NCBI GenBank assembly: GCA_030704615.1 | Contig: CM060732.1 | Span: forward strand, 68,200,001-68,264,000 | DNA from: Takakia lepidozioides | Taxonomy: Eukaryota > Plantae > Bryophyta | Length of the DNA stretch: 64,000 nucleotides | Direction: 5' to 3' | Shown: positions 22,731 through 35,704 of the stretch, in pieces | Layout: every line of letters begins with the position of its first letter | How positions within the stretch are numbered: position 1 is the stretch's first letter | Notes under the pieces: generated by a model | The model's input: only the letters and a program-made list of their open reading frames with translations | Databases searched by the model: none | What the model was told of the DNA's origin: nothing | Program-made: the position numbers and the translations under genes

Positions 22731-25700
22731 TCATATGAGTTTCTGACCAAGAATCATCACCTTAGGGATTTCCTTGACCTTTTCGTTCATTAGTTTTTGT
22801 CCTCCACCCACTCTATCTAGATGCGTCATAGCATGGTTGACATACAAAGGTACTATGTACTCTTGTATGACCTCATGCTTCAGACTCTCGTGAACCTTAG
22901 CTTTCCCACTATACAGCTCCCCTACCATCATGGAGTGGGAATTCTTGCGTTTTTCTATCAGTCGTCGTTCTATTTGAAACAAGTAAGGAGTGTGCTCGTC
23001 TTCTGTCAATGGCTCCCAAGTTCCCTCCAGAATGGGTTTGAGGGTTGCACAGATGCCACTCTGAGCTACCAAACGACGATATTCACTGGGTTTCCAAACA
23101 TCTTCCCGCACCTCGTGAGAAAATAAAAATTCATACGCCAATCGTGCATCACCCATAGATGAGTTATCCCGATAGAAAAAACCATTTGAAACCTGTTTTC
23201 TGGAGATCTCATAAGCCTCTTGAGTAGTGTAGGTGCCCTGAGTGGCGAGAGCTGTGTCCGATGATCCCTGGATCGAAAGGCCACCCATGAGAGGGATGGC
23301 AAACTGCACTGCCATTCCTGCTTGCATATTTGAGCCGGTTGTGTGGGCGTGGCTGTTCGTCAAATTGGCTTTCACATCTTCTCCCATATCAAGCATGTTG
23401 TATGTCTCAAGAATAGCACTATCATCCTCTATACACTTCAAAGACACTTGTATGTGATCTTGATACCAACCAAATCGCTCCTTATCTGTTTCCTTTGGAC
23501 TGCCATCCCCTAGAGCACACTCGGCTATTGTTTTTACAGTAAAACTTCTCATTGTTCCCCTCTTCGTGAAATCAAAAGTCAATGTTGGATATATTTTTGA
23601 CACCTTTGATAGGCTTGGAGGTAATCTCACTCCATATTGTTGATTAGAAAACGTGCCTCCACGTCCTGGTCGAACCGTGACTCTTAACAATAGTGCGTTG
23701 TCATGCTCAGCCCCCGACCCAGCCCCCGAAGGCTTTCCCAGAGGCCCTCTTGAAGACTCCTCATCTTCATCACCGTTCCCACCTTGGTTCTCTCCAATCC
23801 TTAGACCATACATATTGGGTAAAGAATCTTTAGCGTTTGTGCCTCCATAACCTTCTTGTCCTTGGTTCCCTCTCCTGCCTGATTCATTTGACGCGTGCTG
23901 TCTACCACAAATAGACGTTTTTGCAAGCAAGAATCTTGCAACCTCCCAAAGCAACAGCTCTAGCTCTAGGCTCTCGTTGTCACTCTCCATGTCATGAACT
24001 ACTATCCTATTAGTTCCTTGCAAGCCCACACCAAATTTTTGTGCCATCTCTGTGTCTCCGATGGCCTCATGCACACACCTTTCTGGTGGTACTTGAACTT
24101 CAGGCAACTTGACAGTCATAACCTCAAAAGCACTACCTTCTTTCAGCACAAAAGCCCACATGTCCTTCCATTCCTTTTCATCACATGCAACTACTTCCAG
24201 TTCTGATCTGCTCTTCAAAATGACCTTGGCATGGTCGAGACCCACACCAATAACTCTAGACATGCTCTTCGCATCCAGAAAATAGAACTCTAGGGTGTGC
24301 TGGAGGGAATCTAGTTCCCTTCCTGCAACTGTTATCTCTCCCGGAATCTGTACAAGGTGGAGCTGCTGCAAGTTTTTACCAGTGGAAAGCACTCCTGCGA
24401 CCCGGTAGTTGTCATCCATCTCATCACATTGCGAAGCAGTCCAAACTCCATCTGGGGAGGCATGCCCACTCTTGCCCTTAGAGTTTCTCGCACTCCCTGC
24501 CACCACCATGCTAAACCTCTCTAAGCCATTCTCTGCCTGCTCTTCCATGGTCGTGGGTGCACTTTCAGATTGACATCCTTTCTCAGCTTGTTGGTGAGAA
24601 AAGTCAGGAGGTACCTTGCAGGTGGGATGCCGATCTGTGTGTGTGGTGTTGTCTGGGTTCTGAGTCAAGTCTCCGAGATCGCCCAACTGTCTCCTGAGAC
24701 CTGTGTAACCCTCATCCATAGTCAATTCTTGAGAGAATGGCCACTCCTGTGAATACTGAGATCTTGGCAGTTGCCATTCTTGAGAAGTCTGCTCCTGAGA
24801 ATAACCCCATTCTTGTGTATCTCCTCCCAGTCCTTCTTCATCATCCACGCTGGACTCCACCTTTTTCTCATCATGCACTAGACTTGTCTCTTCCCCGCCA
24901 CATCTATCAAATTCAGCCAAGTCACCGCCAGTCACCATAATTGCTGCTCGGTCTGCTCGGTTGGTCTTTCGATGACGATCACTGAACTTTGGCATGTGTT
25001 GAAGCAATTGAACATGCAAGGTAGGATTCAGTACTTCTTCGTCATCTTCCATCACTTCTTCATCTTCTTCTTCCCCTGAATCAAGGGCTGGACCCTCAGC
25101 CCCCATTGAGATATACTCCTGAACTTCAGGGACAGAAGCGTCATCTCGTTGGCGCTTTTGGGGACGACTGACACAGGTGTGAGAGTCAACATAGGTAACC
25201 TCCAGTATAGCATCACCCTTGCTTGAAGTCCTGACTACTTTCTTAGCCGGGCATCCATTCACACCACATCTATAGAACCCTCTGGAAAACAAAGAAAACA
25301 TTGAGGCACCTCAGAACGGTTTTGAACATGGACAACGTTGGATAGAAAACAAGGCCTGATGTTAACAACTCAAGAATTCAAGTATAAGTCAACCCTCAAT
25401 ACCTTCAACCATGTAGTCAAAATCATCATCATTGCTTGAATGGTGTGTAACAGATTACAGATGCAGTTAGGACATTACCTGCTAGAGGAGGACTTTGGAG
25501 TGAGCTTGCGTCCATACTCTTTCCAGCTCCAATCATCATAATTGTCATCCTGAGGGTCTAGACTTGAGCCCCCCCCAACTGGTTTGAGAAGTAGGAGTTG
25601 ATCATGATCAACTGGCCCGGTTGTGCAATAAGATGCTAACCTATCAGACTGTAGCTGGACCAAATTGCCTGATCGCTTTGATCTTCTAGTGATCTTTGTA

Positions 25701-25954
25701 GTATCCCCAGTGGGTTGACGACAGCAACTTGAGGGGGAGTCCGTGTTCAGGTCATCACTCCCTGTGGAAATTGGTGATGATTGTGTGGAAGAGGACATGC
25801 CACGCCCACTAGTGCCTGGGATCTGGCATGGTGGTGTGTGGTTTCGGTTGCTACCTGGAAAGCTTTTGTGATGAGGCCTAGCCATGTTTGCAAAGTTGCT
25901 ATCTTTGCCTGTGGCTACCCTTTGGCGGGTTTTCCCTGCCGTACGCACCATCAT
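22731..25954 (-). CDS. Variant WRKY-domain protein (~1000 aa) with a large C-terminal extension containing a putative beta-pore-forming domain
   Basis: Exons 25954-25479 and 25281-22731. DDWSWKEYGRK...SSR|GFYRCGVNGCPAKKVV...EVTYVDSHTC is a WRKY-type domain with the conserved intron in the Arg codon. The second exon is open for ~850 codons. Confidence 0.88.
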
Positions 25955-27288
25955 GGCAGGATGAGGTCCACATGTAACGGCACAAAATCACATCAGCTGG
26001 AACCAATTCTTGAATTGACCAGAGCTAGCTTTAGAAAATCTTACATCCGCTATTGGCAACCAATGTATGCTTGGAAAAAGGAAAATGCAAAGCTAACCTC
26101 CCCGGAATCAAGTAGGAATCCGCGAGATTTGATACTCAGTTGGTCCATGTCATCTAAACATATTCCTCTAGATGATCATTACACAGCACCACGCAAATTT
26201 TCTTTCGATACTCGCAAAGATTGTTGTGGTTACCTGTGGATCCTGGAAAGCTGGCCACTCTTGGAATGACGTTCTTCGACGAGACGTCTCTCTCCATCTT
26301 TCACTATGAAAAACCAAAGCAGGCCACTCGATACCCTGTCTTCGAACTGCTCCCTAAGTTATCTCTTATTTCTTCAAGGTGCACTTCCCCAGTCCGGGGG
26401 TGAGATCCGCTGTCAGAACTGAACCGATCTTCACTTGCAAATAGTCTAGTTTGAACTACAGTGCTTACTAAGGCTCGCCATCAACAAACACATAAGCTGC
26501 TCCACGATTCCATCCCGTCAGGTTCAGAATGACAGTACCTGTACTACACATTTATCCTCCATTCTCTGCACCCCTCTATGAGCCCCCCTCACTTCATTCT
26601 CCATAGTCACAGCCCAATCTGTGAGCTTACTCCATCGCCACAGACTCCGCAGAATGTCCTCCATCCTACAACTTCCCCTCTGGGAGGATCACACATCCAT
26701 CGAGAATCCATGTCCGCAGTCAAGCTTGAGCATAATTCCTCTGTCTCGCAACGCGATCAAAACAGTCCACACTCCACACTGTGGGAAGACGAAGAAGTCT
26801 TCACTGAGATACTTTCACTATTCAAAATTAACTCGTGTTTTTTCCATCCCAGTCAACGTGTTTCATTCGGAGGTCACAACTATCATCCGTCATTTTATCA
26901 TCCATGATATCACCTTGGGCCTTGGAAAATTCGGTCGAACCGTAATGCGACAGGTGTCAATACCTATATATTGTTTTCAGGGCTTTGCTTTATTTTAATT
27001 TTGTTTAATTGTTTTAAATATGAGGAAGATGACGTGGGGTCCACTATACGGAACACGTGCTTGACATTGTCTTCGCATGTTACCAAGATGGGAACATATT
27101 ATCGACGCGCTCCCATGTACGACCCATGATTTTTCCTTTTCTAATTTATAACTGTTTTTTAAATACCATAAGTAAAACTTCATTCGTTGAGCACGATTCA
27201 TCCATATGTAGTCAGATCATTCATCGAGTCACCATCGTCACAGAACCATATCTCCAGTTGCTGAGAGAAGCTCAGTGCCTATACAGCT

Positions 27289-28785
27289 ATGGCGTCTCTC
27301 ACCTGCTCGCTCCCTTCGCCCGCGCTCTCAAGGTATGCCGTCTTCCACTCCCTCCCTTGCACGCTCAGGTTGACTCTGGGGTCTGTGGATGTTTTGGGGT
27401 TTCTTCTGTTTTTTCTTTTTGTGTGTGTGTGTGGCATTAATGAGGCTCACAAGCCTGGCAAACTACTTTCTTCACCCTTTGGCGGTCCAGAAGGTGTGAG
27501 AGCTGGATTTCTGTTGATCAGTTCTCTCTTGCATTGTTCGAGTTCAGGCCACGCATATGCGCTGGACTGGCGTTTCCCCAGAAAGGGTTTATCCACTTGG
27601 CAGCATGAATTGAGGGTAGCATATGACATCAAACAATATGTCGGAGGAGTATGGTGTTCGTGCAAGATTTCTGCTAAATATGGGGGTGTTGCCCCCGCTG
27701 CAGGCTAAGTGGGAAACTGTGTATAGAGAGAGAGATATGTGGGAGCATCTCTTTCTTCTCCTGGTAGACAGCTAACATCTTACCGTCGCTTGAGCCTGTG
27801 GTGGGGCCTCAATGCTGTTACTGGGAGTGTCAGTAGTCCAGGGGGACAATGCAAGTAAGGGCATGGCTAGCCAATATTGGCAGGGAACGGTCGGTGAGTT
27901 CGTTGAAATAATGTGGGGGCTGTGCTCGACCGGGTTGGCTTGCAGTGGGCTACGGAGTGGTTTTGCAGGAGAAGCGTTGAATTTGAGCAGCGCTTCAGAG
28001 GTGGGATGTCCAGTTCAAAGCAGGGGGGGGCCGTTGAGGATCGAGTGCAAGGAGTCAAGAATCGGGAAGGCACCAATTGAGGTACCCAAGGGCGTGACTG
28101 TGGTTCTGGAGGGCCAGAACCTGGCGGTGAAGGGACCACTAGGAGAGCTGATGCGGACATACCCACGTGAAATCAAGCTCACAAGAGATCCTACCGGCGT
28201 CATCACTGTGGCTAGGGCTTTGGACACTCGCAGGGCTCGCCAAATGCATGGGCTCTTCCGGTATGTGTTATTTTACAACTTTGCTGTTAGAGAGAAAGAG
28301 AGAAGATGTGTCTGATGGAAACGAATTGTGGAAGACTAGGGCATTGTTGTGGAAATAGCATCATATGTATTGAGTAAAAAATTGTTATCTTCCCTCTTCA
28401 CCTCTCTCTTCTCTTAAATGGTTGCTTGGTTTCCATGGGTGAGGACAGGACATTAACGGACAACATGGTGGTGGGAGTCAGCAAGGGCTTTGAGAAGAAG
28501 CTGCAGCTAATCGGTGTGGGGTATAGAGCAGCCATTGACAAGGCAGAGCTGGTGCTCAACCTGGGGTATTCGCATCAGGTTCGATTGCCTATTCCAGGGG
28601 ATGTCAATATAAATGTGGATGACAACACCCGGTTGACCATTTCAGGGAGAGATAAGTGTTCTGTCGGGGATTTCTCGGCAGCCATTCGCTCTTGGAGACC
28701 TCCAGAACCCTACAAGGGCAAGGGTATCAAATATTCAGATGAGGTGATCCGCCGCAAGGAGGGTAAAGTGGGCAAGAAGAAGTAG
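27289..28785 (+). CDS. RPL6: 50S ribosomal protein L6, chloroplastic
   Basis: Exons 27289-27332, 27946-28260 and 28449-28785. A Ser/Ala-rich transit peptide precedes CKESRIGK, KGPLGEL, HGLFRTLTDNMVVGVSKGF and RPPEPYKGKGIKY. Confidence 0.97.
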
Positions 28786-29324
28786 TTTCGCTGTTGCAGT
28801 TAACTTAGAACCTGCAATCTGTATTTTTCCCCTCTATTTTTTATTGGCCGTTACTGGCATTTCATCATGGTCCCAATGTATGTATGAAGTGATCAGTCCT
28901 GATGTTGATCTGCCAACAAGCACATGGCCCCTCCTGTATACTGTGGTGCACCGGTGTAGGTCTTAACTTGGACTGGTCCAACATCTGCGTGAGTTATATT
29001 TAACCGGTTCTGTATGGAGTTGTTAGTCTGTGCTTACATAGATGAATTTGAACCTTGGGAGACTGGTCCATGGAGAGAGATACAGACAGATGCTCAATTA
29101 CATAGATCTTTGGGTGCTCTCTTTAAAGGATCCTCCAGAGCTCATGGTGGTGGGTTTCGCTTGTGAAAGTCGAGAGTTATAATTTCATATCATGCCAAGG
29201 ATGGAAACTTACTGGCTGCAGTAAGTGGTTGATTCAGTAGTTCTGAGATATAGTATCAGAAGCATTGCAATTGTACATCTACTACTGCATTTTGGGGTTG
29301 GTGCACTCCACGTGTGCGCATGCG

Positions 29325-29355
29325 AGGGAGAGAATGTACTCATACGACATGTTCC
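29325..29355 (-). mobile_element. LINE 3' terminus, reverse orientation
   Basis: The reverse complement reads AACATGTCGTATGAGTACATTCTCTCCC, matching the family terminus. Confidence 0.55.
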
Positions 29356-29421
29356 CTGTTTGTGCCTGAGGTTTTCCTCCAGCTGTAATGCGATGTGCAT
29401 GTATAAATAGTGATTCAATCA

Positions 29422-30347
29422 GCGAAACGCAACGCTTTGGGTCTCCCTAATTTTTTTCCACTGTAGAGGGATTAATACTGAAGTTAAAAGGACCATGCTT
29501 TGCAATGTTATTAGGCCTGCCTTGGAGTATGCATCTGCTGTGTGGGTCAGTTCCAGCCATGCTAAATCTCTAGAATCCATTCAGGTCGTGGTGCTCAAAC
29601 AAAACATGTCGGCGTGCTCTAGAATAGCTAATGTGGTTGTTTGGGGCTAGTTCAGTATAACTCCCTTAACTTCTCGACGCGATGAATTCAAGGTCACATG
29701 GTAGGGTCAATTGACTTGCATCTCTAGTACTAGATACCATAAGATAATCGACACTATTTGTTGGAAGCAAGACCGTCCAGTTAACAAGGCTAAGTCTTAA
29801 TGGAAAAGGGTAGAAGAGATTTTCTAGTATCTGAATATTAGTCCAGAAAATTTGACCCTACTGATTGAAGCTGACGTGGAGGGGGGTGTGTCCAAAGCCA
29901 TGTCTGATGCCCGAAGACTGTCCAATGAAAATGAATTTAGGCATAAAACTTCCCTGAACTTGTTTCCAGTCTGTGACATGGGCAAAGGACCTCAAGAATG
30001 ATATGAAGGAACTACCACCCTCGGCACTGGACTGAAATTTAAACTCAGGGTGGGGAGCCTACATTTGGACAATTAACAGATGCAGAGAGAAAAGCGAGAT
30101 TGTAATTGCCTGATGTGCGGGCAACCTGAAGACAATATCCATTTTCTCATACATTGTCCAGGGTGTTCTCACCAGAGAGTGACCCTCTTCAGGAACATCA
30201 CACACAGCAGATTGATCAAGGTTAGTCACACTTCTGCGGTGAGCCCCTCACAACTGTAGTGCCTATTCCCTATGTTCCCATCCAAACTGGGCACAGGGCC
30301 TATGGCCACAAGGCTACGGCAAACAACATCTTAGAATGCATTCTCTC
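29422..30347 (+). mobile_element. 5'-truncated LINE (RTE/RTEX/CR1-like RT thumb plus CCHC zinc knuckle), decayed
   Basis: IRPALEYASAVW at ~29509-29545, CLMCGQPEDNIHFLIHCPG at ~30107-30163, the family 3' end with TC tail, and a possible TSD TTCAATCA (29414-29421 and 30348-30355). Confidence 0.85.
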
Positions 30348-30989
30348 TTCAATCACTCTTTCACAGACACATTTGGGTTCTGGTTTCGAAGATCTGGCAT
30401 GGAACTTCCCCGCAGGCCCCAACTGGAATAGTTTGGTTCTCACTATTGTTGTTCCAAAACCTATGGGCCCTCGGGGCCACTGTGGTCTTCATGTTTTTTC
30501 CTTTCTGCTTCTCACATTTGTGCACTACTGTTCGTAGAATGTGACTAGCAGTGCACTCACCACATCTGTGCTACACATAGGGCTACATTCCACCTCTAAA
30601 GTCTAATTAGAGACAACCTTATTGTGACACTGTGTGCTAGGTGAAGAGCTACAGTAGGAGTGCTGGACACAACATTATGCTTTCTGTGAAATTAACACTC
30701 AAATCCATATGTGGTTTTTATGTTCTCTGTAGTTCTTTCATAGCCAACATTCACAGGTATCATTGCGCTGGGCCCCTCTCTCAGATGTGCACATGGCATT
30801 GTCACATCAATCCCGTCTAGCCAAACCTTTGCGCAACCACCATTGCAATGAGTGATGTTTACATCCTGCCATGTAATTCCCAGGATTGAGTCCTAAGGCT
30901 ATTGTTATGTGGGGCTTTCGCCTTAAGGTTTGTTGTGCCAACTTGAACTGAAGAGGCTGCCTTACTAAGAGGAAAAGGGAATGCCCACC

Positions 30990-31234
30990 TGGAGGGTCTG
31001 GGCAAAGTGTGCATACATAGGAGAACGGGAGATGCCATCCAAACGCTTCAGTTCCCGAGAGACCACCACAAAACACCGGTAAAGGTAAAGGAACACAAGT
31101 GCAAATGGTGGCAGGCAGAATAAAAACCATGGTATCAGAACGGAAATCATTGCTACGGATCCCAAACAGCCCATCAGATTCTCCAGCAATGTCTCCATAG
31201 CAATCAAGCACACAGAAGAGCCAATGTTTACCAA
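30990..31234 (-). pseudogene. Isolated ABCC/MRP transporter transmembrane-domain exon
   Basis: IPWFLFCLPPFALVFLYLYRCFVVVSRELKRLDGISRSPMYAHFAQTLQ|gtgggc matches the ABCC TMD2 motif RELKRLD-x-x-RSP-x-x-x-F-x-E/Q-TL. No other ABC exons were recognised nearby. Confidence 0.8.
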
Positions 31235-31459
31235 TTACTGTTGGTCTTGTCAGTTGCCCACAGAACATAAGTCTCCATGATTGTGACTTGAGTCTGGGCA
31301 TTGTGCATCTTGGCTATACCAAGTTTGGGTGCCAAGGAATTGTGCTGCCTGCAAACTAAGTTTTCTGGTCACAATGTAAGTGCTGCAAACAATGTGTACT
31401 TCCGGAGAAGTCTTGGAAAGTAAATAACATCTCCATAAAGCCACTCAAATAGTCGCACA

Positions 31460-31640
31460 GCCTCCCTAAGCATGCTGGGCACAATCTCCGATCATTGCAG
31501 TCCATGCGATCACATCCCGTTCAGCCATACTACGAAACACTTGAGAGGCCAGATGCTGGAAACCCACAATGCTGCGCTGCTTGAGAGAGAAAGCCGCATT
31601 GTCCTGACAAACCAACAAGAGATCATTGATCGCTGCCGAC
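31460..31640 (-). pseudogene. PLS-class PPR fragment
   Basis: ASQVFRSMAERDVIAWTAMIGDCAQH* is an S-to-P PPR junction motif. Confidence 0.75.
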
Positions 31641-32023
31641 TCTGCCAGGTTCCGTGACAAGCACACAAAAATGACGACGATGACGTGGCTGACGACGATG
31701 ACGTGGAACTATAGCACCCTATTGCTCTCTTGTCCTCCACTCCTGGATCCTCTATGGACTTTTTGGTCAGCGCTTGTTCTGCGAATGTGATGGATTGCTT
31801 TGAGCACTTGCGCTGCCGTGCGAGCATTGAAACAACCCATTTTCATCGTCTGCAAACAGTGCGGCTCGGTTTTATGCTACATTCCTGCCATTCCAACATT
31901 TGCTAAGCAACCCAACTGTTCATTCCTCGTCCAACTGTCGGCGTACTGGAGATAACGCACATCCAAAACCTTCAATCTTGTCTTTGATCAAGAGCAGACT
32001 TCGTGCCTGTGCGGGACGCTAGG

Positions 32024-32193
32024 ATGGTGAAGGCAGTCAAGGTGTACGAGCTGGGAGGTCCTGAGGTGTGACTTTCTTCTCCTCTCTCTGTTTTTCCTGT
32101 CATTCCAGCTCAAACCGTATTCTGTGGACTTGGGTGAATTGGTTTCGTTCTCTGTCTCTCTAAAGTTCCACGCGGACACACACACACCCCCAC

Positions 32194-32225
<32 letters not shown>

Positions 32226-35200
32226 GGACAGGCTTCAACCTGTTAGCATTGTTTGAAACTGGGGAAGTGAAATTATTGGATAACAACAATACCCCTCTTA
32301 ACAGACAAATATGAACAACAATACCTCCACTTGCCAAGCTCATTTGCTTATGTTGAATCTCGAGCAGAACGTCACCTCTCTTAACAATTCTTTTGTATAT
32401 GAGTTTGTTCTGATATAGCAGGAGCTCATGTCTGTTCCATGGTTCTGAACTAGAGCAGGTGTTAAAATGGGAGGATGTAGATGTCAAGGAGCCCGGACAT
32501 GGCGAAGTGCGGATCAAGCATACAGCCATCGGCCTCAATATCATTGACGTCTACTTCCGCAAAGGGATCTTCAAGGCTGGGCTTCCCTTTATCCCCGGTA
32601 TATACTACATGTGTCGCATTTGCAGTAGGTGGACTGCTGATTATCAGTCGCGGGATGCTTTACGCAATGCCGACAACTAAGTCGACTCTAAGATCAACCT
32701 GACAGACGGGTCTTGAGTCTGTAAGTGGCTGCGGTCTGGGAGGGTTATTTGAGGAAGGACTGTGCCTGCAAGCGCATCTCCTCCCAGCTTACGACTAAGC
32801 CAATGTGCCGGTTGCCCTTTTGTTCTCTATGCTGCTGTAAATTCCTTCTGATAACTGGTGGCTGTGGACCATATAGGAATGGAGGCAGCAGGGGTGGTAA
32901 CGGCTGTGGGCCCAGGGTTGACTGGACGACAAGTTGGAGACAGGGTTGCATACGGAGGTAAGATCTAGGGAGTGGCCCCAGCCCATGGCAAATGTTTATT
33001 CTGTACACCACCTCCCCACGATACCATAAGAAACTGACCTGAGTGATTTCCATGGCTGACCTCTCTTCTTAAAGACTGTTATTTTCCATATGCCCAAGCA
33101 AAGTCATCAACCCAGCTGTAAGTGGGGTTCACTAGATGATCTAGTCACCTATCAACTGGATGGCCTTAGACCCGTGCTGGATTCTCATGCTGGATAGTTG
33201 GCCTTAGTATGAGATCCCTTGCTTGTAGCACTGGTGTGACCAACTGTGAATCATGACTACCAGGAAAGCTAAAAGGCAGAAGGTACCCTTAGGGCGACTT
33301 GACATGTTCACCTGTGCCCGTCAAATGATGTCACTAGGATACTTGGCTGCAATGTGAGCACCGTGGAAGAGTGGAAGTCACCAGCTACCACTGGCTTGTG
33401 TGCGCGTGGATCCCTCAAGCACAAGGATTAGGGCTTGAGATGACCAGAGCGTGGAGGTTTGCTATCAAGATTGGCCAAGAGTAGACGGTCTGTTAATGTC
33501 ACAGGACCCGTGATCCACCAGACTTCCTTTTTGAGGAGTTTGCAAGCCCTCAAACCTGTCAACGGGGTAAATTGTAGTGGGTATTTAGTGCATATTTTGA
33601 CATGTGAAGGGGGAAGATACAAATAGATACCCAAACCTGCATGGGTAGATGGTTTTTCCCTCTTATCAGAATCGGCCCCAAATTTCCATGTTGGATTCTG
33701 CAAGTTAGCTGGTTGAGTGAATCTAGTTTGGAGTGACTTTGACACAATCACAGGCAACGGGCGAGCATGTAATGTGGCTCTTAGGCCCTATGTTGTAAGG
33801 AATTCCATAGCTACCCAGGGGTTGTCTGAAAAGAAGAACATTTCCTGAATTGCTCCTCTGTTTTTGCCAGGTTGTTGGTACATGACAGTAGCATCCTGAA
33901 CTTGTATGCACCTGTGCATGCAGGTCTCATTGGTGCGTACACTGAAGAAAGGATTGTTCCTGCAGACAGACTCATTACCATCCCTAGGGCGGTAGATGAT
34001 GTCACGGCCGCTGCCAGCATTCTCAAGGGAATGACAACTCAGTTTTTAATTTGCAAATGCTTCAAGGTAGTGTTCATCTACTTCCTTGGGCTCTTTAGTG
34101 GCGATGGTTGCTTTCTTATGGGACATTTGATACAATTAGAGAATTGAATGGAGTAACCTAGACACTGTTCCTAGTCAACCAGGGGGACCTGCAAGCAAGG
34201 AAGTGTCGAGTAAGGAATTTTTCTCAGTATGGCAAGAGGATGGTTATAGCCCTCAATGTTACACCCTGGGGCTGGCTCTAGGAAGGTCACAAACTATCCC
34301 TGTAAGTATGTGGCTCTGCTTTGGGCTCAATCTCCCTCCATCCACACTGAATAGTTCATGGCATCCATTTGGTTTAATCACCAGTATCTGCTTTTGGCGG
34401 CACCTACCAAGTTCTCTATCGCATACTGGTTAGCTGAAGATGCACACTGTGAACAGGTAGAGAAGGGGCACACGATCTTGGTGCACGCAGCAGCTGGTGG
34501 AGTAGGCTCACTTTTGGTACAATGGGCCAGTGCCCTTGGGGCCACAGTGATAGCTGCTGTCTCTACCAAGGAAAAAGCGGCGCAGGCCAAAGAGGATGGT
34601 GCCCACCATGTCATCATCTATTCTGAGGAGAGTTTTGTGGAAAAAGTGAAAGAGATAACACACAATGTGGGTGTCCCGGTGGTGTATGACTCGGTTGGCA
34701 AGGACACGTTTCAGGTCAGTCGATCCAGTTACCAGATTGTTAGGCCACATTTCATGGCCTGTGGCTTGACAAACTCCAACCTGCTCAAGGAGGGTATGCA
34801 GTGAAATCATCCTCATACAGTGGTTCTTATCTCCTTTCACAAGGAACCATCATTAATTGCATCTGTGTTTTTCTTCTCTCAAATGCAACCTGAAATGTGC
34901 AGGGTTCGCTGGAGTGCCTAGCTGTTCGGGGCTACCTTGTGAGCTTTGGCCAGACGTCAGGGATGCCCGATCCAATACCCATTTCAGCCTTAGCCCCAAA
35001 ATCACTTTTCCTCACCAGGCCCGGCCTACATCAGTACACTCAAACGCGGGATGAACTTCTTGAGGTAGCCGGAGAGGTATTTGCAGCATTGGCAGCTGGT
35101 ATAATTAAAGTTCGTGTCAATCAGACATACCCTCTTGCTGAGGCAGCCAAGGCGCAGATTGATATGGAGGGTCGGAAGACCACTGGATCAACAGTTCTTA

Positions 35201-35244
35201 TTCCCGAGGGGTTGGAGTCTACGGTTGTCCATCCTGATGCTTAA
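32024..35244 (+). CDS. NADPH:quinone oxidoreductase, zeta-crystallin/MDR family
   Basis: Exons 32024-32065, 32459-32597, 32877-32957, 33924-34066, 34457-34714 and 34903-35244. Motifs [45 protein letters not shown] and [10 protein letters not shown]. Confidence 0.96.
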
Positions 35245-35704
35245 GGAATGAAAAACATTAGAGTATGTATCCTGAAAGCCCAGATGTCCATTACAAGCAT
35301 GCTCTTAGTTGTGCAATAGCTTGCGAACAATGTCTTTGCTTACTTACACTCCTCAATGCTCCTGGAGCCATAAAAGACAGTAAGGTAACCAGTTTATTTT
35401 GAGCATGGCAGATATTTCAGACAGATCTTTTGTCTTATAAGAGGATAGAGGTCCAAGCAAGTTGATAAAACACGGGGATAAAACCAGTGTTGGGCTGTTA
35501 TCAGATTCAGGCCAAAGAACTGTGGGTTATCAATCTGGTTATATACTCCTGGAGCGGGTGGTAATGAAAAAACCAAACAACCTGTTTTATTGATAACCTT
35601 TGGTTATTAGAAAAGTAGAAAACTGCCAAAGATTGATACCTAACGGATATATATATATATATATTAAAGGGAAACACCTGGGAGCGACAGCTCACAAATT
35701 AGGA

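Noticed and set aside
25955-26300. Additional upstream coding exons of the WRKY-fusion gene
   Set aside because: Splice-like sites exist, but an in-frame TGA lies 12 codons upstream of ATG 25954 and no in-frame join was found; probably 5'UTR.
27289-35244. Bacterial contamination or recent HGT, suggested by bacterial-like L6 and quinone oxidoreductase
   Set aside because: Both have canonical spliceosomal introns and L6 has a transit peptide; they are ordinary nuclear plant genes.
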